Position numbers and translations under genes: made by a program
The notes under the pieces: generated by a model
Database searches by the model: none
Seen by the model: only the letters and a program-made list of their open reading frames with translations
What the model was told of the DNA's origin: nothing
Part shown: positions 13,660 to 30,520 of the stretch, piece by piece
How positions within the stretch are numbered: position 1 is the first letter of the stretch
Layout: every line of letters starts with the position of its first letter
Origin: the human T2T-CHM13v2.0 reference genome, Homo sapiens
Length of the DNA stretch: 64,000 bases
Assembly (NCBI RefSeq): GCF_009914755.1
Contig: NC_060936.1
Reading direction: 5' to 3' (one strand)

Positions 13660-14455
13660 ATATTTGTTACCTAGGGGTGCTTCAACAAACTACAGCCATC
13701 CCTCAGTGTCCAAGGGGAATTGGTTCCCAGACTCCCTGTTGAGGAGGATTGGGTATTTGAGGATACCCAAATCTACGGATGCTTAAGTCTCTTCTATAAA
13801 ATGGTGTAGTGTTTACATATAACCTATTCACATCCTCCTGGATACTTTAGATCATCTTTAGATTACTTGTAATACCTACTGCTACATAAATAGTTGTTAT
13901 ACAGTATTTTCTTTAGACAATGATGACAAGAAAACAAGTCTGTACATGTTCAGCACAGACCCACCCATCCATTTTTGCTTCTGACATATTTTTAATTTGT
14001 AGTTGGTTGAATCCATGGATGTGGAACTCACAGATACAGAGGGCCAACTATACTAGTAACTGGGTGGCTTAAACAATAGAAATGTATTGTGTCACAGCTT
14101 TCAAGGATAGAAGTCCAAACTCAAGGTGGCAGGGATGGTTCCTTCTGTGGGCTGTGAGGGAAGGATCTGTCCCAGGCCTCCTTGGTTTGCGAATGGCTGC
14201 CTTTTCCTGTTATATCTTCACATTGTCTTCCCTCTATGGGTGCCTGTCTCTGGGTCTAAATTTCCCTTAAATAAGGATACTGGTCATATTGGATTAGGGT
14301 CCACTTAATGGCTTTATTTTAACTTGATTATCTTTACAATGATTCTATATCCAAATTCCCCAAATAAGATCATATTCTAAAGTACTATAGGTTAGGATTC
14401 CAACCTTTCTTTTCGGGGGCATAATATGGGGGGGACACAATTCAATCTATAACAG
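13660..14455 (-). mobile_element. MLT1 (MaLR) solo LTR interrupted by MER2
   Basis: ctgggtggcttaaacaatagaaatgtattg...ggggggacacaattcaatctataaca. Confidence 0.8.
13693..14050. mobile_element. MER2 (TcMar-Tigger MITE)
   Basis: TA target duplication; termini cagccatccctcagtgtcc and cagatacagagggccaacta. Confidence 0.85.
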
Positions 14456-14559
14456 TCCCTCTTAAGACTTGATCACCCCTCAGTCTTTCTCTTTCTCTCT
14501 CTCTCTCTCTCCACCCCCACCTCCACCACCCTGTCTCTCCAGGAAATCTTCATGCAGTT

Positions 14560-15390
14560 CTTGTATAGAGTAGTAATGCCCATTTTGTCTGTAAGCCTAA
14601 GCCATGTTACCTAACACAGTTAACCTAAAGCATTGAATGCATTCCCTGAAGTACAATTCTCAAATTTCCTTGACCCCTTATTGTCCAAGTGTCAGCATTC
14701 TCAAGATGAGAAGGATGAGCTTTACTCCTACATGCTTCTCAGCTTTGTTTCCCCTTGCCTTTCTCTGCTGCAATTGTCTTTGTTCTGGCCACTGTCATTT
14801 CTTGCTGAGTGTATGCACTGATTTGCTAATGAATCTTCCCGCTTTCAACTTCATCTTTCTCCAATCTATACTCTATACTCCACATTGCTTCTAGAGGGAT
14901 CATTCTAAAACAGAAACCTGATCATGCCATGTTCACTTCTGCTGTCAGATGAAATCCAAACTTCTGCCTGTTACTCCTTGTTCTTTATGCATTCTACCCT
15001 AGTATCATTCTATGCTCTAACCATGCCAAGTGGGCATAGTCTCTGAATGTACTCTGTTCTTTCACCCTCTCTGCATCTCTGCACACACTGCCCCTTGCCT
15101 GGAGTGCCATACCTTATTCATCTATCTAACTCCTCCTTCTTTGAGGCTAGCAAATCATGTAGCACTTCCTCCCACAAGCCTTCCTTCATTCACATTCCTC
15201 CCCTTCTACTCTCCCAGAGCACCCTATGCTTATCTTGTTCATTGCCCTTATTATCCTTAATTTTAACACATTCTAAGCTCCTAAAGGTCAACACTTATAC
15301 CTTTTGCTCTGTTCCTTATGCAATATTTAGCACAATGCCTAGAACATCAGAGGTACTCAATAAGTGCTTATTGAATGGATCAGAACTATA
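14560..15390 (+). mobile_element. L2 fragments including a 3' end
   Basis: gcacaatgcctagaacatcagaggtactcaataagtgcttattgaatg. Confidence 0.7.
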
Positions 15391-16094
15391 GGGTATTTAC
15401 CCACCAAGATCAATTTGAGGGTCTCTAAAAGACTCGTGTGCATCAAGAAATGTCTCCACGTTTGCAAATTCTACCTTTACTCACTAAAGAATTTAGTAAC
15501 AAAGGGAATACATCAGTAACTCCAAGAGAGGTCAGTAACTTCCCTGAGTTCTCCAGATCAGTTAGTTGGCCCTAAGGGGGAAATGCATAGCTAGGTATGA
15601 GTCACAAGGGACTAGTCATAGCAGTTGAGAGACTTGGAAGTAATAGGATTGATGCAAAACCTAAACTATGGGTTAATGGAATCAACAGAGGAAAAAATGC
15701 AAACTATTTCCTTACCTAACCAGAAAAGAAGTAACAGTTATGTTGATGCTCTCCTCTACCTGCTATGGCGCTTATTGGGGGCAATTCTGTGGGGCTGAGT
15801 GGATAAGGTCTCATATAAAATTACATAGAAACTGTTTTGATCTATATTCATCCCAATTCTAATCATTTTTTAAAAACCACAAAATTTCCCTTTAAATTCT
15901 GGACTCCTTTACCTTAGAATTCATGATCACAGCCCAAAGACTATCAATTATTATGAATTAAGCCTGGGTCAACTGAGCAAACTGGCTTCTTCTATACTAA
16001 ACCCAAGTGATCAAACACAATTGGGGAAAATTATGTAGCCATGCAAACTAAGTCTTTACCCAATTTTAACAACAACAACAACAAACTCAGGCAT

Positions 16095-17288
16095 TGTAGG
16101 AGTTTATATTTTCTGAAAGTGGCTGCAAGAATATCTTCTTATAATGTGACTTTAGTTAACACTCCTTCATCAAGGGGAGGCAAGAATTAAATTCCCTCCA
16201 CTTAAATGTAGGCAGGCTTTTGACTACAATGGAAGTGATGTTGCCTTCTGATGTCTCATTTTCTTAGAATGTTTGCTTAGAATCCCAACACAGACCACGA
16301 GAAAGTCCAAGTAGGCCATGGCAGCGATATGAGTATGGATCTTGAGAATAAAACCTCCAGACCCCAGTTAAGCTTCCCCCGTTGACACCACATGGAACAG
16401 AGACAAGCTATCCCTGCCAAGCCCTCCCCAAATTGCAGATTTAAAAGCAAAACAAATGACTGTTGTTTTCACTCACTAAGCTTTGGAGTGGTTTGTTATG
16501 CAGTGACAATAACCAGAAGAGATTTTGATAGTTGGATATGGGGTGCTGCCAAAACAAAAACTTAAAATACGTGGCATTAGCACCGAGATTGGGCAGCAGA
16601 CAGAAGCTGGAAGAGCCCCAAAGCCAGTGCCTGTCAAGCCAAAAGGGCCAAGGAAGGATGGATTTGTGGAAGCCTTAAAAGCTATAAGAAAGGTGTTGAT
16701 GAAAGCTTAAAGGAAAGAAAACGTAACTGTAAGCTGAAAGAAAGTTTCTTCTCTCTCTGCAGTGTTTTACCTAGACCTGTGGCAAAAATCTAAGACTCAC
16801 TCCCTCTCTCTGTGCATGTACAAAGAAGAGGTTTGGTAAGCAGGGTGATGACAGCCTTCAACAAGCCAGGAAGAGAGCTCTCACCAGAACCTGACCATGC
16901 CAGTACCCTGCAGATTTCCAGCCTCCAGAACAAGGACGTAATACAAATGATGCAGCTTCCTCTTAGTTCTTTGGGGATGCTTGCTCTCAGAATCCAGGCA
17001 GTAGTCAGGAGGAAACCCAAGCAGTGCCTGGAGAGCAAAAAAGGCCTCCAGTCCATTGCCTTAGCCAAGTTACTGGTACATAGCCAACACTAACTTTCAG
17101 CCATATGAGCTGGCCATCTTAAAAGTGTTCCTCTATTCCCCAGTTGAACAGCCCGAGATCATAAGATGTGACACAGATAATCAGTCCCTGACAAGCCCTG
17201 TCAAACTTGCAGATTTGTGAGCAAAATAAATGACTGATGTCAGTTTGTTTTGGGGTGGCCTGTTAATAACAATAGATAACTGATACAG
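16095..17288 (+). mobile_element. MLT1 (G/H-like) LTR, internal fragment and second LTR part, with a nested MaLR piece
   Basis: Two LTR 3' ends (ccaaattgcagatt...caaaacaaatgactg and cttgcagatttgtgagcaaaataaatgactg); internal-like sequence at about 16520-16740. Confidence 0.65.
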
Positions 17289-17444
17289 GCATCATCTCCT
17301 TTATGTCTTCCTCAAGCTCCAGGTAAGGTTAAGTACTCCCCCATTTTTGCTCCCAAAGAACTCTTTGTGAAACACTATCTTAGCAATTATTGTGCTCTGT
17401 TGAATTTAACTCTTCACTTGTCTACCTCTTCGAGCTCAAGGGTA

Positions 17445-18680
17445 ATATCATGCTTTTTGAAAAATTACCTCCTCAAATATATTATATTTGTCACATTCTC
17501 TCTTTCTTCTCCTCTGGAACTTTGATTAGACGAGAAAACTTTGCAGTATATCTTTCAAGTCTCTCAGCTTCTCTTTCATATTTTCCACATTTTTGTCTCT
17601 GTGCAACATTCTGAAAAATTTCTTGTGGCTTAATTTCCAGTTCACTATATCTCCCTTCAGCTGAATCTCATCTGCTGTTCCACTCATTCATTGAGTTTTA
17701 AATTGCATGTGTGTATGTGTAAGTAATTGGAATTTTTTTCATTTCTAAAAGTTTTTTTTTTCCTCTCCAATATGCTAGGTCATTTTCTTTTAGTTTCTAT
17801 TCCCAAAAAATATCTTCAGGCTCACTTTTTCTTTATAATGGCACAGTCATTGTATAGTCTACATCTACTAATTCCAGTATTTGAAAGCACTTAAGGTGTG
17901 GATCGGCTCTTCCTTGTTTTTGTTGGTTCCTGTTGGGTTTTCTTTCCCTATAGGCTTAATTATTAGAAACTGTTAATTTTAATAATAGGAAAATTATTCA
18001 TAGAAATTATTTGGGGCCCTGGAGGAGAGCATATTTCTCTCCAGAGGGATTACATTTGCTTCCACTTGATACCTGAGGGTATTAGTTTAAATGCATGAAC
18101 TGACATTTTTTGGACCACCAAGGTGATATGAATTTTGTGTGGCAATCTGTGAGGGCTAGTTAGTAGTAATAATTCTTCAGGAATTTCCCACCCCCTGACC
18201 TGCCTTGTTCTGCTCACAAAAAATCATCTTTCCTTGGAGTCCCCTTGGGGTGGGGAATACAGGATTACCTCTGATTCCTCTAAGGCTGTAGCCCTTGGAA
18301 TCCTAGTTCTATGGAGGAAGGATTTCCTATTACAGTCCCTGAGCTGGACAGGCTGTGTAGATATTTGTTTTCAGTATCCAAAGCCACAGAAGTCTTGAGC
18401 ACTGAAGTTCATTAGCAGGTTCAGTAAGCTCCCCCAGGACAAATGTGACTTTAGTGCAGCATTTATTTCCTACCCTCGCCAATGTTTTGGCTTGATTATT
18501 TCTTACTAACCAACTAATAAAAAGAAATTCCTAATTTAGATGTGATTCGATTTCTGTAATTTTCATATCAGCTTTTTGATACTTTTAAGAAGTTTTTTTC
18601 TTTTCTATATCGTATCCAGCATTTTTATTTGTTTTCAGCAAGAGTTGACCTGAGCCTGATCAGCCTTGTTATCTGTGTCC
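17445..18680 (-). mobile_element. Ancient L1-like (L1M/HAL1) fragment
   Basis: ttctcctctggaactttgattaga...tctcccttcagctgaatctcatctgctgtt, antisense ORF1-type motifs. Confidence 0.5.
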
Positions 18681-19209
18681 ATGTCATTTTCATCCTTGTA
18701 TCCTCAGCATTCAAAATTGTGCCCCAGCATGCATAAGAACTCAATTAGTTTTTGACTACTTAATCAATACATAGCTGTGTCTTCAATTTTGCATTCCTTC
18801 CTCTATCACACCTGATATTCCCCTACCCTCTGTGCCCCAATTAAAGCTCTTTCACATTTTGCATATCTATTTCCTGCATTTTCCTATTTTAATGAAGCTT
18901 CCCCCCCTGAATATGCTATTTCCCTCATTATCTCTCTTACGGAAAAGGAAAAGTTCTCATTCTTGTCAACTTCCATAGCCTGGGGTCAGCATTGTTTTCA
19001 TTCTCCATGACCGCTGTGGGTCACTTTCTATTATTTGGCCTTCATCCAAACTCTGATGCTCATCTGAAGTTTACACTATTCTATTATAACATTCTTTTTG
19101 TAATTTTATTGTTATCATATGTGGACCTCCAGTCATATCTCTACATTTCTTGAGGGTTTCAGTATTTGATTCCTAATATCTACCCCACCTCATCCCCTAG
19201 TAAAATGCA

Positions 19210-19450
19210 GCACTACAGCATAGTGTTTAAGAGCACAAGTTAGACAACTCAAGGTCAAGTACCAAATCTACCCCTCATTAACATGTAACCTTGGGAGGCC
19301 AGCTAATGTTTCAATGCCTCAGTTTCCTTATCTCTAAAATGAGAATAATGATATTAATACCTCACAGCATTGTAAGAATCATATGGAATAATGCATATAA
19401 AGCACTTAGAACAGTATCTGCCACATAATAAATGCTCAATAAATTTACTA
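19210..19450 (+). mobile_element. MIR
   Basis: gcctcagtttccttatctctaaaatgagaataat core. Confidence 0.85.
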
Positions 19451-19600
19451 TTTTCATTACTGCACTATTACCTTAAAAGTCTTCCTTCTGTATGTTTATG
19501 ATTCATTAACACCCTAGCCTCAGTACTGCTCAAAAATCCATTTTTTTCACTTGTACAAAATTCCCTAGACTATTACGTATAATGGCTTTTCTGAATTTTA

Positions 19601-19927
19601 TTTACTTATTTATTTAGAGACAGGGTATCACTGTGTCACCCAGGCTGCAGTGCAGTGGTGTGACCACGGTTTACTGTAGCCTTGACCTCCCAAACTCAGG
19701 CAATCCTCCCACCTCAGCCTCCTGAATAGCTGGGACTACAGGCATGGGCCATCACGTCCAGCTAATTTTTTAATTGTTTGTAGCAATGGGGTTTCACCAG
19801 GTTGCCCAGGCTAGTTTTGAACTCCTGAGCTCAAGTGATCCACCCACCTTGTCTAGGATTACAGGCATGAGGTAGTGTCTGTAATAGGCTAGTGCTAAGA
19901 ATATAGGCATGAGCCATCGCTCCTGGA
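19601..19927 (-). mobile_element. AluJ with an internal templated insertion
   Basis: Antisense Alu; TSD ctgaatttta at 19591-19600 and 19928-19937. Confidence 0.92.
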
Positions 19928-20149
19928 CTGAATTTTAATTTAACCCTTCTTAAGATCTAGCTCTTACTTTCGGCCAATAACCTTTTATCTTACCCAGAAA
20001 TTGAATCCATTTGAAAATAAATATTTCAGAATTTCTCTATATTCATAACCATGCTGTCTTCTCGCTACTCTGTGGGGAAGCAAGGTCTGTGTTTCCCTAA
20101 ACTAGCTGAGTCTTAACTTCTACCCATTCTGTTCTTTTTATTCTTTATC

Positions 20150-20700
20150 TTCAATACCTTGCTCTACCAGAAAATTCCTCTAAACTTGATCAAGTCTTAT
20201 TTATCCTAACATAAACCAGCTATTTCCCTCTTGCACCTGCTTTCTTCTTATGTTACTATCATACCTCTTCTTCTAATCTCCTTGAAAGAGTCATCCGTAC
20301 TCTCTACTCCATTTCCCAGTGTCTTATTTCCCATTTCCCAATGTCTCACTATTAACTTCCAGACATCTACTTGTACCACATCACTTCTAAAATTTACTAT
20401 TCAAAAGTAAGTTGCGACTGCATTACCAAACCAAAAAAAAAAGCCTCTCTTCAGAATTTTTCTTACAACTCCTTCACAGCATTAAATATATTGACCATCC
20501 ACTTGAAAATTTCCTCCTTCATTAGCTTTCATATAATCACTCTGTATTCTTTCTTAAAGTAATAGAAAGAAACTATAATGGTAGTCAAAAATCCATGTTC
20601 AAGCATAGGCCCCACTATTGCTCTTAAAACTCTAATTTCTTTATCAGCAAAATAGGGATAATATTTGTCTTGCTTTGTTCACTAGTTTGTAATGCAAAAA
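20150..20700 (+). mobile_element. L2 fragment followed by a MIR fragment
   Basis: Degenerate L2 (ccatccacttgaaaatttcctccttcattagctttc) and MIR (atttctttatcagcaaaatagggataat). Confidence 0.55.
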
Positions 20701-21137
20701 ATAAAACAAAATAATGAATCTGATAATACCATAAAAGACATGAAATATATAAAGCAGCTAAGTAAGATTTGATAACTTGGTAACAGATAGGCTACAGAAA
20801 ATGATACAAAAATTGCTACCAATTGGCTGTGAACTCCTGAAGGAACCAAAGCTGTGTATCTTACCTAGAAGGTTTTTTCAGTATTAAAAGGTTTCAAAGC
20901 ATCTTCATCAAAGCATTACCATGTCCATTATGGCTTTTACCAGGAAGTTAGGAGACTTCAAATAAAAAACCTTCTGACCTACCTGGACTCACTTCAAAAT
21001 GAAAAAATAATTATTGGAACTACATTGGGGGAACTTTCATTTTGATAACATAGTAGGAAACCAAAATGTTAATGATGCATCTTCATATGAATAAGCAAGT
21101 AAATTGAATCAGGCCAATTGTGAGTAAGAGATATTAC

Positions 21138-21303
21138 CAGTTCTTGGGGAAGGTGCCCTTGCAATTTCTAAGGAGCAAGGTTTCTTTGTAACAGCTGTGT
21201 CCATGAGATCACACAGAAAGTTCTCATTTTCTGAAGGAAATGTATCCAGAGAAGCAGATGGTACAATTTCCATAGTGTAATTTCTCTTCTTTGGATAGGA
21301 CTC
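21138..21303 (-). CDS. ANKS1B: Internal coding exon of ANKS1B (AIDA-1/EB-1), 166 nt, probably exon 10 of the long isoform
   Basis: Minus-strand acceptor gtttttattttttcttcttttcag|GAG and donor CTG|gtaata. Only one frame is open: ESYPKKRNYTMEIVPSASLDTFPSENENFLCDLMDTAVTKKPCSLEIARAPSPRT plus 1 nt. This matches my recollection of ANKS1B (...LAQ-ESYPKK...SPRT-DNASEV). The exon number is from memory. Confidence 0.93.
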
Positions 21304-21564
21304 CTGAAAAGAAGAAAAAATAAAAACAGCTTTGTGATGAAGAAACAGCCTTGTTTAATTTATAAAAACTAGAAAAGATAATCAGGTTCATTAGTTCTTT
21401 CCAAAGTGATTGACAGCTGATGATTCATCTGTTTGAATAAATTATAGAATCATGTAAACCCAATATCAGTGATATTTTTAAGAGTCCTCATAATTTAAAA
21501 GGACTGAATTTATTACTGAATTAGTAAAGGTATTGCCCTTTTTTGTAATATATATCTATTATCT

Positions 21565-22050
21565 AGTTGTGGCATAAACTGCTGGTTAACTAATCAACAG
21601 TCATCCCCAAGACTCTACTCCTTTGCCGGCCTCCTGGAGACACCCATATAACTCGGAGACACCCATATAACTCAACTTTGGCCCATTAGATGTAAGATGA
21701 AGTTTGCTAAAAGGCTGGTGGGAAAAAATTTTTCCCCAAGGAAGAAGCATATAAGGAGGCTCTTTCAGAGCCAAGGCCATCCCCAGGCTCCTCTCTTTGG
21801 ATGCAGTTTTGATATCTGGAGCTAGGGCAAGCATTTTGTGACCAAAAGGCAAGAATCTTCAGATCAAAAAGGTAACAAGCCAAGAATGGCAACAGAAGGA
21901 TAAAAAGAGCCTGGGACATTGATCATATCATTGAGCTGCTCAAATAGACCCAGGGCCAGTTTCTCCAGTCTTCTTACATAAATAATAACATTCTTACAGT
22001 TTGAGCCATTGCTAATTGGGTTTTCTGTCATTTAGAGTTAAATGTCTTGC
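21565..22050 (+). mobile_element. Old MLT1 (J/K-like) LTR
   Basis: gatgcagttttgatatctggagctagggcaagcattttgtgacca...; contains a 19-bp tandem duplication at 21636-21673. Confidence 0.65.
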
Positions 22051-22256
22051 CATCCAGCACACTAGTATCTTTCCTTGTAAATACCATTAACTAATATACT
22101 AAGGTACTCTTTTCAGGTTAGGATAAAATATAGGTCCAGTTCTATATGATTGATTCTTTGATATATTCTAAAAATTAGAATTTATTTCATTTTATAAGAT
22201 TTTGATTTCCTGTACATAAGGCATTAATTGGTCAACAAATACTTATTGGGCATCTA

Positions 22257-22318
22257 CTATATATATGTAGAATATATATAGCATATTTATATATTATATA
22301 TATATGTATATATATATA
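22257..22318. repeat. (TA)n-rich low complexity
   Basis: Read directly. Confidence 0.9.
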
Positions 22319-22450
22319 ATGTGCTAAATGCTGGACTGTTTTTAAACTAATGAGACATAATCCTTGCTCTGAAGAAGTTCACAGTCTGCTGGAGAAGACT
22401 GTGAAATTCTGCATGATGAAATTCACAATTAATCATATTTTATTTTTGCT

Positions 22451-22854
22451 ACAGATCCTCCTCAGCTTTACAAAAAAACCCAAAGTAAGTTGAAAATATT
22501 GTAAGTAGAAACTGCATTTAATACACTTAACCTACCAAACAGCATAGCTTAGCCTAGCCTACCTTAAATGTGCTCAGAACACTTACATTAGCGTATAGTT
22601 GGGCAAAATCATCTGGTAACACAGTACATTGTAGAATATTAGTTACTTACCCTTGTGGTTTTGTGGCTGACTGGGAGTTGTGGCTTGCTACCACTGCTCA
22701 GCATCATGAGAGAGTTATCTATCATAGGGTATATTGCTAGCCCAGGAAAATATTCAAAATCTGATGTACGGTTTCTACTGAACATACACTGCTTTCACAC
22801 CATTGCAAAGTCAAAAACTCGTAAGTTGAACCATCATGAGTTGCAGACCATCTG
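22451..22854. mobile_element. Tigger4/MER46-type DNA transposon
   Basis: TA-flanked cagatcctcctcagc...gcagaccatctg; internal catagcttagcctagcctaccttaaatgtgctcagaacac. Confidence 0.85.
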
Positions 22855-22989
22855 TATGTGCTACTTTTATAAAGTATGCCTCACAATCAAGAAAAAGACA
22901 AATAAGAAAATAGACTAATATTTTTGAAAAATCTCCCTAAGTATATTCTAGGGCTGATAAAGATTTAGTACGAATTCCTAGTTTTTCTA

Positions 22990-23590
22990 CAGTACAGCAG
23001 AATTCAAGGTCAGGGTAATTGCTTTCAGACAATACCAGACCCTCACACATCAGAGAGTCAATTATGGTCATGATACTCCATTGAAAGCAGGAAATTGGGA
23101 GTAATTTATTTTTAACAACAAAGGGTGACAAAGTAGAAGGCATCCAGAGGAAAGTAATCAGGATGGCATATAATTCTGAAACCATGTCAGAGAAGAAATG
23201 ATGAAAGGAACTGCAGTGTTCTATCCAGAGAAGCCTTATAGCCACATAATAGTTTTCTCAATGATTTGAAAGGCTATCCCTCATCAACTATCCCACAAAG
23301 GGGGGATGGAGAAAAGTTGATGTGGTAGATTTATTCTAAGGCCCATAAAGACAAGACAAAGACTAATGTTTATAAGTCAAGAAGGGCAAATTTGGCTCAA
23401 TACAAAAAATAATTTTCTATGAATTAATGATATTGTTTACCTTTTAAAATAAAAAGGCACTATAAAATGAGTTAACAAATAGCATTATAAAGCAACAGAA
23501 GGAAGTCCTCATTACTGAAAATCTTCCAGCAGAATTATCTGCTGATAAAATTGTGGATGAAACACATTGTACAATGAGTCCAACAGGTTA
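22990..23590 (+). mobile_element. L3/CR1 LINE fragment
   Basis: gacaaagtagaaggcatccagaggaaagtaatcaggatgg...ctgaaaccatgtc. Confidence 0.65.
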
Positions 23591-24469
23591 CTATAAGCTC
23601 CATGAAGGCTGGAATTTGTCTTGTCCACTACTCTGTCCCTAGAATCTAATACAGGTCCTGCCAATAGTTGATGAGTTGATGCTCAATAAATATGTATTGA
23701 TCAACTGAACAGTCTCTAGTGTCCTTTAAACAAAGCTAACTACAAGTTATGGAAATGATTTTTTTTCAAATGTAAATTATTTTGCCTTTCAGTTCAGTTA
23801 ATATTGTTCACCAGTTTGCATATAAAAAGTGAAAAACTGAGATTACAACGATAAGATTGTAAAGATTCTATGGAAAAAAAGAGTCTCCAGTTAAACTCCT
23901 AGTTCCATCCTGAAATTAAATTAATCAAAACAACCCATGGATTTAGTTAAGTTGGAATTTTACAGTGTGTATGAACACTTCTGAGGATTTTTAAAGCCTC
24001 GAAAACCACTTTGAAATTTAATCACAAAGCATGGGTTAATTTGCTTTCTTCCTTAAAAATGAAGTATATAGGTTTATTAGAGAATAATTTGAAAACATAA
24101 AGAAAGAGGAAAATAATCACATGAAAATCAAGCATGCTGAGATAACTGAGGGTAATATTTTGGTGACCATCCTCCCAGACTGTTTCACTCTGTGAATGTG
24201 TGTGGACATGTGAGTATGTGCAAAGGAAAGAAAAAATATTTTAAACAATAATGAAGTACTCCCTCTTCTGCTTCCTAATGGAGGGCCATAATTTCTTCTT
24301 AGAATGTAAGTCTTTGTAGAACCTGGCTTCCTTAGGGAAGGTGAGGCCCCCGCGGGAAGGAGTTGGTAAAAACGAAGATAGTGAAACAATGCTTTTGTAA
24401 CCAAATATTTCAATGTCAAGAAAGAGAGATAGTTGAACAAAATATCTGACAAGTGACCGTCAAAAGAGG

Positions 24470-25499
24470 ATATGCAAGATAATTTTTTTAAAAAAATGGA
24501 TCCATGTGTCCACTACTCAGTTTAAGAGGTAGAATATTACCATTGTATCATTGAAACCTGTCCCCCAACCCACCCCATGTTCATCTTTCCAATCTTACCC
24601 TTTTTCCTCCTCTACCAGGGCTAAATGCTTTCTGAGCTTTGTGTTTTTAATTGCTTGGACTGTGTTAAATTTTAACTATACATGTAAGTATCAATAAAAA
24701 ATAAATTTTTAGTACTGTATGCTTTCAAACTTTATATATATAGTATCAAATGCTCTAGTTCTTCTGTGATTTTTCTCAATCAAGATTATGTTTCTGAATT
24801 TCATCTATTTTCAGTGTGGTACAGGAGCTCATTGTTTAAGATTACCACAATTCATTTACACATTCTCCTGACAATGGACTTTTAAATGTTTCCTAGGTGT
24901 TTTGTTATTTAGGATAATGTTATTATAAATTTTCCCATATGAAGTCTCTTGGAGCAAGTAACCAGGGTTATGCTGCCTATTCTAGTAGTGATGGGGAAGA
25001 GTCAAGAACAGACAGCAGACGAGAAAAATAAATGAAATCAAGAGATGATAATGAGAATGGAAATTGTATGCCCTGTAGATTCTATAGAATCTTAAGGATA
25101 GCATTTGCAGTTTTCTACCCAAAGTGGCAGGAGGGTTCAAAGGATATTCTGTAAATCTTATTAAAATATTATATATAAGTATAGTATTATATAAAATATT
25201 TCCTAATCTGTTATTTACCTCTAATGATATATTTTATACCCTTTTCAATGACAATTATATGTCTACATGATGAACTTGGGTCCCAATATATACCTGGTCA
25301 TAATTTATTTGGCCAATCCTATCATATTGAAATTTTAATGTTTTGCTTTGAAGGAAACATTTTTGTTCATATATTTTGTTTACATATTCAACTATTTTGA
25401 AATAGAATTCCTGTGATAATACATATATGACTTATGTTTACATATAATTGAATCTGTATCTGGACTTTCTAATTGGTTCCATATATATGTCTATTCTAG
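24470..25499 (-). mobile_element. Ancient L1ME 3' fragments (resume after Tigger1 at about 30063-30220)
   Basis: Degenerate antisense L1ME 3' motifs. Confidence 0.55.
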
Positions 25500-25501
25500 T
25501 A

Positions 25502-30060
<4,559 letters not shown>

Positions 30061-30209
30061 TACCAGAATTACACTGTCTTGATTAGTGGAGCGTTTAAAT
30101 TGATTTTACTATCTGGTAGGATAAATCTTTCATCATGTTAATCTTTCCCAAGGCATTAATTATTAACTTCATGTTTATTTTTCAAAAAGAAAAAATTTGA
30201 AACATTTTG

Positions 30210-30520
30210 TTAAGTTTTCCTCAAATCATTCCTTCTCATTTGTTCCCTATCAGTAATCAATACTTCCATATATCCAGGCACTAAAAGAACCTGGGATATG
30301 GTTCACTTTTCATTCTTTCTCTGTCATTCCCAATAAATCCTCAAGTCCTATACTTTGCCATTGAATTATACCTCAAACACATTTATTTCTCTCCACCCCA
30401 GCTACCGCATGCTAGTCCAGACCACCATTATATTTCACCTGAACTGCTGGAACAACTTCCAAAGTATCTTCTTTGTCTCCAGTCCTGCCTCTCTTCTAAT
30501 CAATTCATTTTCAAAACTAG
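30210..30520 (+). mobile_element. L2 fragment
   Basis: ctagtccagaccaccattatatttcacctgaactgctggaacaacttcc. Confidence 0.65.

Noticed and set aside
14633-15391. Cluster of overlapping plus-strand ORFs
   Set aside because: It lies within pyrimidine-rich L2 sequence, which is naturally poor in stop codons.
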